Below are positions 1 through 13,353 of a stretch of DNA of 64,000 bases, in pieces. Below the pieces are notes generated by a model. It saw only the letters and a program-made list of their open reading frames with translations, did not search any database and was not told where the DNA came from. A program made the translations under genes and the position numbers. The DNA comes from Cyanophora paradoxa CCMP329 (taxonomy: Eukaryota; Plantae; Glaucophyta): the NCBI GenBank assembly GCA_004431415.1, contig QPMI01000514.1, positions 310,001 through 374,000 of the forward strand, given 5' to 3'. Numbering within the stretch: the first letter of the stretch is position 1; every line of letters begins with the position of its first letter.

Positions 1-1210
1 CCGAACGGCGGCGCAGGCGCTGGGGACGTGCCGGCGGGTCACCGTCAAGCAGAACAAGACGCTGCTGATGGCCGCGGACATCCCCGGCGGCAAGGAGGCC
101 GGTGCGCCCGCGCCCGCGCCCGCGCCGCCGCCTCCCGCCGCTCCGCCAACGCCGGCCGGCCCGCCTTCGCAGTCGCGGCGCGCATCAAGGCCCTGGAGAC
201 TCAGAAGGAGGCGGAGGAGGCGCGCCCGCGCCGGCGCCCGCGCCCGCGGCGGCCCGCGTGGGGCGCTGACGCCGGCGCAGAGCGACTTCGAGTACGACGT
301 GCTGGACCAGCGCATCGCGCGCCTCGCCGGCGGCATCGCCATCATCAAGGCCCGCCGCCCCTCGCCGCCCCTCGCGCCCCGCCGGCCTGCCGCCCCCTGA
401 CGCCTGCGCCCGGCCTGCAGGTCGGCGCTGCGACGGAGACGGAGCTGGAGAGCAACCTGCTGCGGGTGGAGGACGCGCGCAACGCGACCGTCGCCGCCGT
501 CGCCGAGGGCATCGTCCCCGGCGGCGGCACGGCCTTCTGCAAGCTCGCCCCCAAGGCCCGCCCCGCCCCGCGCCAGCCCGCCCCACCCCGCGCCGCCTCA
601 TCCGTCTTCTGCAGGTGTCGGAGTGGGCGAAGACGCTGGAGGACCTGGACGAGCGGGCCGGCGCCGAGATCGTCGCCCGCGCCATGCTCTCCCCCCTCTC
701 CCAGGTCTCCCTCCCGACCCGAGCCGAGCCGAGCCGAGCCGAGCCGATGCGGGGGGCGGCAGATCGCGGAGAACTGCGGGCTGGAGGGCGGCCTCGTCTC
801 GCAGAAGGTGCAGGCGCTGGGGAAGTGGGAGGAGGGGTACAACGCGGCGGCGGACCGGTACGAGGACCTCGTGGCGGCCGGCATCATCGACCCCGCCAAG
901 GTCGAGCGCGTCTCCCTCCTCGTGCGCCCCCTTGTTCTTCGCCCGCCCGCCCTTCCCTCCCGCCCCGCCCGCCTCACGCGGCGCCGGCCGGGCGCGCCGC
1001 AGAACGCCGCCTCGGTGGCCGGCTACGTCCTCACCTGCCAGGCCGTCGTCTCCGAGGTGTACGAGACCGCCAAGGTGCCGCCCCCGCGCCCCGGCCCCGC
1101 CCCGGCCCGCGCGCCCCCCTCCCGCCCACCGCGTGCCGCGCCCCCCGCAGGGTGTCTTCGACGCCGGCGCGATGGCGGGCGTGGACGACAGCCAGTACGG
1201 CACCATGTGA
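1..1210 (+). CDS. cpn60: Chaperonin-60 (GroEL/Cpn60), probably plastid-type; multi-exon, 5' part outside the window
   Basis: Spliced exons read ...RIARLAGGIAIIK|VGAATETELESNLLRVEDARNATVAAVAEGIVPGGGTAF...IAENCGLEGGLV...GYNAAADRYEDLVAAGIIDPAKV...QNAASVAGYVLT...GAMAGVDDSQYGTM*, which are GroEL C-terminal motifs. Stop TGA at 1208-1210. Plastid assignment is inferred from overall resemblance. Confidence 0.95.
719..747 (+). repeat. (CCGAG)n microsatellite inside a cpn60 intron
   Basis: Five full CCGAG units plus a partial unit, read directly. Confidence 0.85.
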
Positions 1211-2043
1211 GCGCCCGTCTGGCACAGCGTAGGCAGACTAGGCAGGCTCCCTCCCTCTTGTTTCAAGCAGAACCCATTCTCGATCGCATGAGGCCCTAGG
1301 GCGGTGTCCAAGCTCATGGTCTCGGTCTCGCTGCCCAGGCGGCTGAAGGTCGAGAGCAGGCGCGCGGTGCTGCAGTGCTGCAAGCACCAAACCCTTGTCC
1401 TCCCCCAGGCCCTCGCCCCGTCTAGATCTCCTCCTGCGCCGGGCGCCTCTGTGATCTGCCCGCCTCCAGCTCAGCTCCCCCCGCCTCGAGCACCCGTCTC
1501 TGCCCCGCCGGGCGCCGGCGCCGGCCTTCAAGTACTAGTACTAGTTCAGACACCGGCCCACCCCCCCTCGGGCCCCTCCGCACGGTGCCGTCGCGATCGG
1601 AAAAGGCCTCCGAAATTCGAAAAGGCACTAGAGAGTACTCAGTACTACCCCGGTATTAACTGTCGGACCTTTTTTTTTCAACTGTCAGAGACTCCGACAG
1701 ACTCGTAATTTAGACGAATTTTAGAGTCGTAAGCGTACGAGTTAACGGTACACCGGTACCTGACACCTATACTGTGACTCTGTGAGGCTATACTGTCTGA
1801 GCTTATACATGTGCATGTCAGCAAAGACTTGAATATATGCATATACATGTATAGCAAAGAAAAGATCGAAAAAATATTTTTTTAATAAAAAGTGATCTCA
1901 ATTTTATCAGGTATGATACATATATATTTACATAAAGAATACATAAATAGAACAGTTTGAAAGTTTTCGAAATACATTTTACATTTACGGGAAAATACAT
2001 GTACGTATATACATATTTGCGCACGTGTGTATGCCGACTTTCA

Positions 2044-2225
2044 CCCGCGCTTTAGCGCAGTGGTATAAGGTCGTGCTACGACCTCCCGGATTCCCGGGTT
2101 CGGTTCCTGCTGTTTCCGCTACGTTGTACTTCGAATCCCTGTGATTCCCGATACCGTGACTTGTATCCTCGTTGTGTACTACGAGTGGGCACGCCCACCG
2201 TAGATCAAAAAAAAAAAAAAAAAAA
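2044..2225 (+). mobile_element. tRNA-derived SINE (~182 bp) with poly(A) tail and 14-bp target-site duplication
   Basis: TATGCCGACTTTCA occurs at 2030-2043 and 2226-2239. A-box-like TAGCGCAGTGG at 2053-2063, B-box-like GGTTCGGTTCC at 2097-2107, 3' stem-loop at 2179-2203, A19 tail at 2207-2225. Confidence 0.88.
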
Positions 2226-2906
2226 TATGCCGACTTTCAGGTTTCAAATTTCGGAGTTTCGCAGTACCCTTCCGTCCTCGCAAGTTAGAGTCGCAAGTTC
2301 TCGCAACCGGTCGGCGCCGACTCGCCGAGTCTGCGGACCGTACGGTAAGCGACCTGGCGCCGAATTAGACAGGCGTACATACCTTCTCAGAGGCGGCCGC
2401 GTGGAGCCTGGCCGCGGCCCTGGCGCCGACTCGGCGAGGCTGGCGCCGCCTGGCGCCGGCTGGCGGTCGACCGGTCGACTGCGCACTGCGGCAGTGCGCA
2501 CGCGGAACGTTAACGCGCTGCGCCGCGGCGGTCTGCAGATCCGATCATGAAGACCTTGAATTCGAAGCGCGCGCGCAGACTTTGAAGCGCGCGCGCCGCG
2601 GCGCTGCAGATCATCGGATGTGCATGCCGCCAGCATATGGCCAGCGGCAGCTCTCAGTCTCAGCTGCAGCCGCCGCCATCCATATTGCCAGCAACAGCTG
2701 CAGTTTGCATATCTAGATCTGCATAGCTGGAGCTTCGCGCTCGGTGCCGATAAGAAGCTGTTTTGTGAAGCTGATTGCGGGTGGAGTTGCGACGTCCACG
2801 TCCATCGATCGCGATATCTGCGGCATTTAGATGCTCACGTAAAGCTGTCAGCTCGTCGACCAGGATTCGCCGCGTAAACTCTAGATACTGCAGCACACGC
2901 ACACAT

Positions 2907-5900
2907 ATGGAGCGTCTTGCGGACAGGAGCGTGCGCGTGGGCAGCGGAATGCATATGGCGCCGCCAGCTTTGAATATCACCGGTCTCGTGGGCGGCAGCG
3001 CCCTCTCTAGCTCGGGGAGGCTGGAGAAGATTCGACAGCTCGTCAACGGTGCTTTGTTCTACTTGACCGACAAGACGGGAAAGAATTGTGCGAACTTCGT
3101 CCATGGCCACTTGCATCACCGCGCGCGGGGCTCATGATCGTTGGGTTCTGATCATAACGCTTCGTGCACCCAGACGATGTCCTGTTCTCCGTCGTTTGGC
3201 CCACCGTGGCTGTCATTCTCGACGCATGCCAGTTGATTGGTCTTGCTTTGACTGCCGCGTGGCACGCTCCTTCTGTCTCCTGGTACGGTCTTTCCCCCGG
3301 CTACCGTGAGTTAGTACGCGAGCTTGCCCCGGGCACCGGTACCTGCAGGGGCTATACATGGCGCTCCGAATCCCTTTTATGCACTTGAATCCGGATATAG
3401 ATGCATATGGGTATACTAGGTCTAGATCTAGATCTAGCTATTGTTCTGCATCGATCTAATTATATAACCTCTCACGGCCGGCTTTGTTAGGCTTCAAGTT
3501 GGTCTGGACTTTTACGTTCAGTTCCAGCGCGCGAATATCGCCTTTGTCTTTCTGTATTGGTCGGTAATCGCAGTCCTGGTCCTCACCTTTTCGCTGACGG
3601 TACGCCTCAAGCCTTGGCCCCGCGGCCGCGCGGCCATCGCCACGTGACCACTGCGCGATCGCAACCTGATCGTGCGCGCGATGTTTTATCAGGCCCACGC
3701 CGCATACCTGTACCATCTTCACTCGTTTCGCGTATTCCCCATACGAGTCCTCAGGTGTGCACGACACAACTACGCGGCCATTCGCAACTGCCAGCATCAT
3801 CAATATTCAATCTGGCTAATTTGCGCATGCTGCCTCTGACCGCAGAGCCCTGGTTCCACTACTGGTGTCGGCATTCTACGTGAGTATCCGCATGCGGCGA
3901 TTTTGTCTCTGTAACATTCCAAAAAAGAAGCCACCATTCGGAGCTTAAAGCTTCCGACCCTTCAGATTTCAAATTTAAATTTGCGCGCAGATTCCAGTCC
4001 TCCGCCTCGTCACCACGCCCTACTTCTGCCGAGAAATCCAGGGGGCCGGAGGAGGCGCTGCGTCACTGTGTTCGTCTCCGCAGCGGTGTGCAAAGACCTT
4101 TCGACTGTGCCCTGCGCATGCCGCTCGCCGCGAAAACGGCTGCGCATGCAGCCGACGTCTATAGCTAGATCTAATTACTGCTTGCAATTGCTCTGATTAT
4201 AAATGAGCCCCCGCGTGCAGGGTAGCAGCCGTCGGGGCCTCGACTGCTGCACTGGTGGTGTACCTCCCTTTCGCTGGGGTGATGGCGGGTGCGCAACGTT
4301 CACTTGCTTTTGTTTTCTTTCGCGAGCAGCCGTTTATTTTGCACGTACGTATATACGCTGGGGTTCGTTACTGCCGATCGCGAGCAGCTGTCTTCCACGA
4401 CATGTCGGTAAGCGTTCCTTCTTTTTGAACGCACGGCGGTTGTTGCTGTTTCATCGACCGCATCGCGATATCGATCGCGATGTACATGTGATCCATGACG
4501 CAGCCACTCTCGGCGGACGTGACTGCACGGACGCACGGCCGAGTCCACCTCATGTACGTCGCTGTGCAGTCGATCCTCGTCTTCGTCGAACCTCCTCTAC
4601 GGGAGAGGCACTCCTTTATCTTTCTTCTTCTCATCTCTTTTGCGTGTTTCCTGATGTCCTTTCTCTTGTGAGTTTCCTTGTAAGGATATCGATCTGTACA
4701 GACTGCATTCCACCTGAATCATGAACTCTCACACCCGGTACGTTCGCAGTGTAACGCTTCAACCACACTACCACCGACCGATGAACATGCTCCGCGCTGG
4801 CTGCTTCGCGGCAGCGGGCACGTTCGCAACGGGGTCGCTGGTTCTGTCGGGAGTGAGCGTCGACGACAGCAGTCGCGCTGTTATCTCCGTTTCATTCATC
4901 GGCTTGATGGTGCGTGATCATTCACGCGTACGTACAATTGCAAGAGTACATGTACAAGAGCATATATATGCATGTCCGGACGCTAATTCTATTCGCTGCC
5001 GCGGCAGCCCCTTACCGGCTCCTTCGCCGCCCTCGCAGTGTACATGCGCTTGAGCTTCATCCGCCGCGCGTGCGTTCATTTTTGACGGATCCTGGTTCCT
5101 CAAAAATGCACTGAATAATCATATGCATGGCTTTTAACCCCAACAGAATTTTGCGGAACATCAGGACCGGCTTCGAAGGCATGGTAAACGAGCACTTTGA
5201 TCACGAAGAGGACGTCGAGGGCGAGGAGGGCGCGGGCCCCGGAGTCGATTTCATGGCCGACAGGCGGAAGAACCACGCGCATTCCATCACCGATCAGCGG
5301 CGCGACCGGCGCTCCAGCGGGGGGTGAGCCTTAGTTTTCATTGAGTTGCGCGGCAGAATCCTCATATTACGCTCGAATTGTGCAGAATTTTTGCACGATC
5401 AAAGGGGTTTTTAATGGAGGCTCAAGTGGAGATTTGGGCGCGCGTCGCGCTGACAGGCAAGCTCTAGCCGCCTGCAGCTGCAGCTGCACGTTGTTGGCTG
5501 CCCCCGTGTATCATGATCATGTAACGCCCCGGCCCGGGGCCTCAACAGACTCGTCGATCCGGGAGGAGGGGATTGCGGCGGCAGAGGCCATCTTCGAGTC
5601 GGGCCTCGCGCGGTTCCGGACCAGCGCCTACGTCGCCCTCCACTACGCCATCTTCCTCTCCACATTCAAGAAGGATCAGCAGCTCGCCACGCACCGCCTC
5701 CGGTCCTTCATTGCACATTCTCTCTCGTTCTAGTTAACGTTCCGCTTTAGCTTCTAGTTACGCCTCTCGCATTTGCATTTGTCAGGATGGCGGAGCGGCT
5801 TCCGCGGGTTGGCCTCGACATCGCGTTTCTGCTGCTGGCGAAGCGCCGCGCCATCGTGCAGATGGACCAGTCGAAGTCGCTGGGCGAAGACACCGGCCTC

Positions 5901-8900
5901 AGCGTCGTCGCCTTCCTCGAGGTGAGACGGCTCACGCTGAGGGAGCCCGAGCTGCGCGATCGGACGGATGCGGCGCAGTTCCAGCAGACGCTGGAGGACG
6001 CGACGAAGCACCAGAACATGGCGCTCCAGGAGATCCGCAGCTTCTGGCGGAACATGCTGCGCCTCTCCCACTCGCTGGCCTGGGAGGGCGCGAATTCGAA
6101 GACCGAGCGGCGCCAAGGCGGGGCGACATTCGATGCGGGCGGCCGCGCCAGCGCTAGCGCTGGCAAGCGCGACGGCAGACGGCGGGTCACTCTCATCGAT
6201 CAGAACGGCGTCGCGCCGCTCGCCGCGATCACCGGGCTCGAGCAGCGCCTCGCGACGATCGAGAAGTCGAAGGCGCGGGTCGAAGGCGCCTACCAGCGCC
6301 TCATCTCAAAATTCCCCCGCTCCCCCGCCCTCTGGTGCGCTTTATTGTTTTTACTTTGAGGCCTTGGTACGCTTAACATGCATTCTTGCGCGCGCAGCCG
6401 CGCGTATGCGTATTTCAAGGCCGAAGGTCGGCTCTCGATTTGCTTTCGAAGTTTAATTTGTTGAAGCGTCATGTACGTGCGCTGAAGCGCCACAGTCTGC
6501 AACCAGCACGCCGAAGCGGCTGTCTTCCAAGCAAGGGCCGACGAGATCGAGGACGCCGAGGCGGTACGCTGCAGCTGCCGTCAGGGCTGCAATGTCGGTC
6601 GCCTTCGGTGACGTCGACTCTGCGCTGCGCAGATGGCGTTAGCGCTGGCGGGCCCGGGCCAGCTGCACGGCTCCACCCAAGGAGGCTCCACAGGCGGCCA
6701 GGACATCGAGCTGCAGGACGATCGCGAGACAGGCTCCGCCATCTCCAAAGGCATCAAGAAGCTGCGCGACCGGCACGACCCGGCGGCGGCGGTTCTCGAG
6801 GCGGTCGCCATGAAGGGCGCGCGCGCCGTCCGCATGCTGAAGCGCGGCGTCGTCATCGCCTGCTGGCTTCTTCTTATCTTGCTCGTCGCTCTCTGCTCGG
6901 TGCGACAATGTTGAATTCCAATAGACGGATAGATACATTTCATTCACGACCTAAAATTTCTGAATTTGATTCTCCACAGACGAGCATCGACCGGCTTCAG
7001 GACCAGCACGGAATAATGGAACGGTTTATATCAGTCTCGTCAATTGTGCGCGTGCACATATTCTTTCAAACCCGCAGAATATTCGAAGTCGAGGTCTAAC
7101 GTGCTGCTTACCGCAGCGCACGTCGATTGCCCTAGTGATCGACTCCGTCCGCTCGATTTCCCTGGCCGTGCAAACAGCGCTGCTGGACGTCGCATCTGGC
7201 CGCGGAACGCCCCCGCGGCCGGCGGATCTCGCAGACGCGTCGGCGGCGGCCACGGAGCGGGCGCGGACACTCGTGAAAAGATCGCGGGAGCTCTACTACG
7301 CGGGAGACAGGGCCGCCACATCGTGGTCCTCCATCCGCTTCGACGCGCCCCTGTACATCCCCGGCCACGCGGCCGCCGCTTTCAACGCGTCAGGGCCGGG
7401 CATCGCAACGATCGCGCCGACTTCTATGTCGATTCTGTTCGCGCGATCTTTCTAAATCAATTAAAGCTTCCGTGCGTGTTCGAGGTCCGCTAAACCTCGG
7501 CGCGGCGGCCGCAGCGACGGGGTCCTCGTGTTCGTCGACCGGGTGGGCGCCATCGCCTCGGCGCCCTCCAGGGCCGTCCCGACCGATCCGGCCTTCCGCT
7601 ACGTCTGCGACGCCGGCCTGGGTCCCCTCGCCTCCAGCATGCACCAGCTGAGCCGCGACTACGAAGAGGCCTTCATCCTCGAGCTCAACTCCCTCTACGT
7701 GCGATACGCCGCCCTGACGGCAGCGTACGTCGCTGTGGCGATCGTCTCCGGCGTATTCGTGGTCCGCCGCATCAGCGTCCCCTGCTTTTTACTGTCCCCG
7801 TTTTCTTTCTGCCCTTGCATTTGCAGTTGACACGAGTTTCTCGATCAGTCGGTGGGCCTGACCAATGTGAGCCGCGACAAGATCAACTTGGCGGACGTGG
7901 TGGTGTGCGATGTATCTCATATATCTACTTCTAGATCTCTATCTTCTTCTCTTTTAATTTCACCCTGCCATTCACCCCATTCAACATCTATCGGCCATTT
8001 GAAGGCCCTCCCCCTCATTCGTTTCTCATCCCTATCCCGCTTCCCCCCCGCCCCTCCGGGTTCCTGGCCATGGACTAGGTTCCTGGGTCCAGTATCCAAG
8101 AGCTCTGGCCCCGCCGCCCCGTCGTTCCGCATAAACCACCTGGCTTTTATTGTTGGCCCGGAATTCAACGTTAATTATACAACTCGAATGATTCGCCATC
8201 CCAGGTCAAAATCCCCAAAGTCCTCATCAAGTCTGTCGTGAAGCACTACGAGATGGTCAGCATTGCAATATTAATACGCGTATCGATTTTCGTCGACGTC
8301 GCACCGGAGCGTGGCACCAACCGGAGGGGCGCGCGCGCAGGTCAAGATCATCGCGTCTGACACGGAGGAGGACCGCGGCGACCACACGCACCGCTGGGAC
8401 GACTCGCAGCACTCCTCCGACGCCGAGGGCCAGAGCTCCCGCGATCGAAGCGCGGCTCGCCGGCACCGTAGGCGGTCGTCCGTCGTCAGCACCGGCGCCG
8501 CCGGCTCCGGACACGGCAGGCGCGGCAGCGCTAGCGGCGGCGCGGGCTACTCTCCCTCGGGGGACCCTGCAGCTGCCATCTCCAAGCGCAAGCTGGAGCA
8601 GGCCGGGCGCCGGCTCCGCGCCGACGAGGGCGCAGGCGCCATCGATGCATATGGGAACGACCCTGGCCGCAGCGGACATTTTGAACGACACGCCCATGAT
8701 CAGAGGGATGCCGCGGCCCCCGTGGACAACGTCGCGGGCAGCGACGCCGTGATTTTTGTCGCGGCGGCACTGAGCCAGCGTCAGCGGCGGCGAAAGTCTT
8801 CAGACGATCTTCTGGATCCCGATCACGAGCGCGACTCTGGAAACAGCAGCGCACCGGGTAGCCGAGAGGAGGAGCGCAAGCCGCAGCCCATCGAGCAGCC

Positions 8901-11900
8901 GAGGCCTGGGCTTCTGCCCTCACCCATTCCGTCCCCGCCGGGCTTGTTGCGCTCAGTTTCTCCGGGCCCGGACGCGCCGCCGCGCCTCAGTGGACCCGTC
9001 GCCGTCTCCCTTATGGAGGACGAAGAGATCGTTCCAAGTCCGCCCCGTCGAGACTTCAAGGAACTTGAAGATGGAAAGGGCGCCTCAATGAGATCTACCA
9101 GCGCGGCCAGCAACGAGCCCAGCCTCAGCTCGGCCCCGCACAGGGAACCATGTGCAGAATCCGACACGCCGACGTCGCTGGCACATAGAACTGCAGCTGC
9201 CTCGCAAACGTTGACGTCGGCGTTTCATCCCATACATGAACACCCGCAACAGAATCTCCAATTACAAGCCCCCGCCGGGGACCGCGCGCACTCGCAAGGG
9301 TCGGAGGTCGCGATTGCAACGGGCCTCACTTCGCCTACCGTAGCCTCGACCGCTGACACGTCCATCTCCTCTCGCTGGAACCTCCCCCTCGATGCAAAAG
9401 GAAAGGATCCGGGCCCGGGCGATGTCGAACGCGAGCATGCACAAGCGGTGCTCATATACTCTATTATTTCGAATTACGATCCGCCGAGGATGCTTTCCAT
9501 CGCTTGCTTAAGCTTTCCATCGCGCGCAGGCGACGCGGGATGCGGACACGCTGGTCTCGCTCGCGATCGTGCGGCCTCCGACGGTGTTCGACCTCGAGGG
9601 CCCTCAGGCGGGGTGCGCACAGTCGGCGGCCCTCGTCATGGGCGAGTACCCGAAGCCGGTCTCGAGGGCGGCGAGCATTCGCTCCAACTCGGGCTCCTCG
9701 CTGACGGCGGCCCCGGGGATGCGGAGCAACTCCCGGAGCGGGGCCTCGAGCTCGGGGCGCCCCCTGGGCCTCCTGCCCAGCGCCTCCCGCTCGACCATCT
9801 TCCCCCCCGCCCTCCGCCGCATCATCGAGCGCGACCGAGATCGCGAGCTGCGCGACCCCGCGGAGCTCTCCGCCTCTTCCGAGGCTTCCAAGCCGCGACA
9901 GAGGGACCGCCACATCGCCCGTGCCCCCCGGCCGCCTTCAAGGTGCTCTCGCGCGCGCGCGTTCGTGCGCTCTAGATCTCTAAATCCTATCTGTCGATCT
10001 ATACTCTTACGTAAGACTTCCACCGGTACCGCAGCCGGCTCACTTACCTCTGTTATTGCAGGACGGGCGAGGTCTATCTGGTCGACAAAAGCAGGCGCGA
10101 GGGGAACGACGTCGGCGGGGGGGACGGCACGCTGCTCGCTAGCCGCAGCGCCGGAGACGATTCCGATCCGGCGCCGGCGGGGCGAGACCTACGCCGGAAG
10201 GCCGCCGGCGTCCGAGTGGCCCCTCTGCCCGCCGGCTCAGGCGCTGCTGAGGCAGGCGCCGATCGCGATGCCGCCATTGCCGCCAGCGCACAACAGTCGA
10301 CATACGCAGCGAGACTTGCGGTCGCGGGGGACGCCTCGGCGGGTGCGCGAAAAATCGAGTTTTGCGCGAAAACCCGCGAGCCCCAGCTCGGTCAGTCTGA
10401 TGGATTCTCGCACGTGCAGCGAGCGAGCTTCCTGGAGACGGAGCGAGGGGTGGGCTCGCGGCGGTCTCGAGAGGGGCCCTCTCGATGACCAAGTCCGTCC
10501 GGTTCCGCGTGTGGGCCTGCCTCTTCGGCATCTCCCTCATTGCCGTCGCCACGTTTCTGGGTCTGCTCCCCGACTACCCGTCGAACCGCAGCCTTCTAAG
10601 CAAACGCGAGACGTCGACTAGCACTGATTGCCGCTGTCTATCGCCGCAGCCTGCTTCTTCCTCGCGGCTCAGACGCGGAGCGCGGTGGACGAGCTCTCCG
10701 CCGTCGGCCGCGTCGGGCACGCGCTCGCCGACCTCCGCCTCCTCTCCAGGGAGCTCTGTCCGCCTCCGCTGCTCGATCCCCCGCGCCTGCGCCCTGAGGG
10801 GTCTGACCGCGGTCTCTCCGGCTCCCCTCCGCGTCAGACGTGGGCGACGGCGCTCTGGGGCTGGGCGCGGCCGCCCTCGCTCGCCGCGTGCACGGCGACG
10901 TCCGGACCGTCCACGACCTTTTCGAGGAATTCAAGTTCGGCTCGGACGGCACCACTCAGCGCGCCACCGGCTTCGACAGTGCGCACTTAAGCTTTTTCCG
11001 AATATTAGTCTTGCGCAGATCATGATCATAGCTATATATCTAGCTATATAGCGATTTTCTGTACGATATCGATGTCGCGTCAGGTCTGCTTTACGGCAAC
11101 GTTAACGTCGAGCCGGCGGATGCAACGTCCGCGAACCTCGCCGAGTATCGCGGGCTCAGCGTTCAGGCGTTCTCTTGTGCGCATCTACCGTAGTGCTAAG
11201 ATTTGCCTGCGATTAACTCCCAGGCTGACACGCCGGCGGCAGACCTGGAGGCCACCCTGAACGTCCTCAAGACGAACGGCCACCTGAGCACCGCCGGCGC
11301 CCTCGTCGAAACGCCAGCGCCCGGCCCCGCTGGGCGAGACCGGCCCAGGTACCCATGGCCACTCGTGATCTCAAATAACCTTCAGCCTTGAACTTATACC
11401 CTTTTCCTTGTTCGAATTCCTTTGTTCTCTAACCTTGTTTCTTATTTCGCGGACGCGGCAGGTACGAGGGCTGGGAGGACGGCGCCTCGTTCGGGGACCC
11501 CTCGCTGCGGGCCGTGCGGACGGAGCTCGCCCCGCTGCTCGCCGCCTTCGATCGCGTCACCGCCGCCGTCGTCGCCAGCGCCGACGTGCATGCGCCCCGC
11601 CCGCCCTCCTTGATTCCATTCGTTCCTAATTGTCTTGAACTGCCTACAAACATAAACTGAATTTCGCGATTTTCTTGCGCAGTCGAGCGTGGCGTTCCTG
11701 CGGTCCATCCTCGCCGCCGTCCTCGTCGCGGACACCCTCGCCATCGCCCTCATCGTGCGCCCTCGAATCGGATCTAGAGCCTTACGTATTATAATCTGCC
11801 ATTGAAGGATAATCATCGCATCAAATTCTGATTCGAGTTTGCCCCTTATATTAATTAAGCTTGAGATGCTAACCTGCGCTCTTGCATGGGGCGCTGGCAG

Positions 11901-12056
11901 TACGCGCTGCTCTTCCGGCCGATGCTGCGGCGGCTGCAGGAGGAGAGCTCGCGGGCGGCCCAGCTGCTCCGCATGATCCCCGCCGCTCTCCTCGCCTCTG
12001 CCCAGCTCTCCATCCGCGACCTCCTCCCCACCTCCTGGCACCCCCCCAAGAAGTAG
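2907..12056 (+). CDS. Large multi-exon multi-pass membrane protein, TmcB (tiny macrocysts B)-like
   Basis: ATG at 2907 (MERLADRS...). Hydrophobic N-terminal exons, then YVALHYAIFLSTFKKD and LATIEKSKARVEGAYQRLISKFPRSPALW, then repeated TM-ectodomain-TM modules. Ends LLFRPMLRRLQEESSRAAQLLRMIP...HPPKK* (TAG 12054-12056). These motifs resemble TmcB-like proteins as I recall them. Whether this is one gene or two is unverified. Confidence 0.68.
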
Positions 12057-12510
12057 CGCCAGGCACAGAGAACAGCAACACGCTCCAGCGCCACCTCAAG
12101 CAGCCTCTGACCAGTCAAGTCTTTATAAATCATAATTAACCAAAGATCCCTCGCCAAAGCTTGAGCATCATACGCATTAATCGGCAATCTCTCAGCTGCA
12201 GCTTCGAATTCATTTTTTTTCAACTCGATCAGTACGTAAACTTGAAATATGCAGCCGTCGACGTCACAGTATTTACAGCGAATAATCAATTGCAATCATC
12301 CATCCATCAATTCAGATCAGTGAACATCTTTCGCCGATGTCTGTATTTGGACTCTCAGCAAGTCTATCGGCAGTGAATATATATGCGGCCATCAGGACCG
12401 GAAGCGGGGCCGCCGGGGGCGCGGTGGTCCAGGCAGCGGGGGCCAGAGAAGCTTATATAATTAAGGGGAGATGGCAGCGGGCAGAGCGGGGGTCCAGGAA
12501 GGGTCACCTC

Positions 12511-13353
12511 GAGCAGGCGGGCGGGGCGCACCATCGAGCGATCGGCGCGCTTGCGGCGCGCGGGCCTTGGCGCGCTGTCAGCAGAGGGGTCAGCAGAGGC
12601 GGGGCGGTTGCGGAGCGGGTGCGGGGCGGGCCTGGTCCCAGCTGCGGGCGCCGACGGCGCCGCTGGCCTCCATCGCGGCGTCGCCCTCGGCGCCCTCGTC
12701 GTCCAGCTCCTCCCGCAGCGGCGCGAAGCGCGTCTGCCGCCGCGTCAGCCCGGCAAGGGGCGGCGCGGACAGGGCGGGAGGGCGCTCGGCGAGCCCTGGA
12801 ACGGGGCGGCGGGGAAGGGCGGGGCACCTCCTGCGCCAGCGCGATGCGGCGGAGGCGCTCGCCCATCGCCCGCGCCGCCTCCTCGTGCCCCTGCCCAGCC
12901 GCCTCAGGGCTCTCGGGAGGAAGAGATGGGCGGAGGACGGGTCACCTCGAGGGAGATGCGGCGGGAGGAACGGTCTTCCCGGTCCCGGCCGCCAGCGCGC
13001 GCTCCGACTGCGCCCCGGGGGCCCGCCGCCGCCGCCAGCGCCGCCGGGGCCGGGGCCGGGGCGGGCGGGGCGGGGGCAGGACCCCGGGCGCCCCGCCTGC
13101 GCATGCGCGGCGGGCGGCTCGGGCGGGCCCGGATCGGAGAGGGCTGGGCGCGCCGCACCGGCGGGAGGGTGGCGGAGCGTGGCGGCGGGCGGCGGCGCGC
13201 GGTGAGGGGCGCCGCGGCCGCGGACGGCGAGGGCCCGGGGCCGGGCGAGGACGGGCCGAAGTCGATCAGATCGAACGACACCTGGAGAGGAGTGAGGGGG
13301 TACCGGAGGGGGGGACGGATCGGGGGGGGTACTGGTTCTAGGGAGGCCTCGAT
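12511..13353 (-). repeat. Inverted near-identical copy of 20270-21121 (5'-truncated duplicate of 3' exons of the 18792-21349 gene)
   Basis: The reverse complement matches 20270-21121 across exons and introns (e.g. ATCGAGGCCTCCCTAGAACC at one end, CGCTCGATGGTGCGCCCCGCCCG at the other), with mainly small indels. Confidence 0.93.

Noticed and set aside
2046-2120. Functional tRNA (possible GCT anticodon)
   Set aside because: The D-stem and acceptor stem do not pair. It lies inside a TSD-flanked poly(A) element, so it is a SINE head.
7904-8203. Foreign insertion or independent ORF (7852-8241) in the TmcB-like gene
   Set aside because: Explained as a longer intron followed by an in-frame exon VKIPKVLIKSVVKHYEM (8204-8254). 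No TIR or TSD seen.
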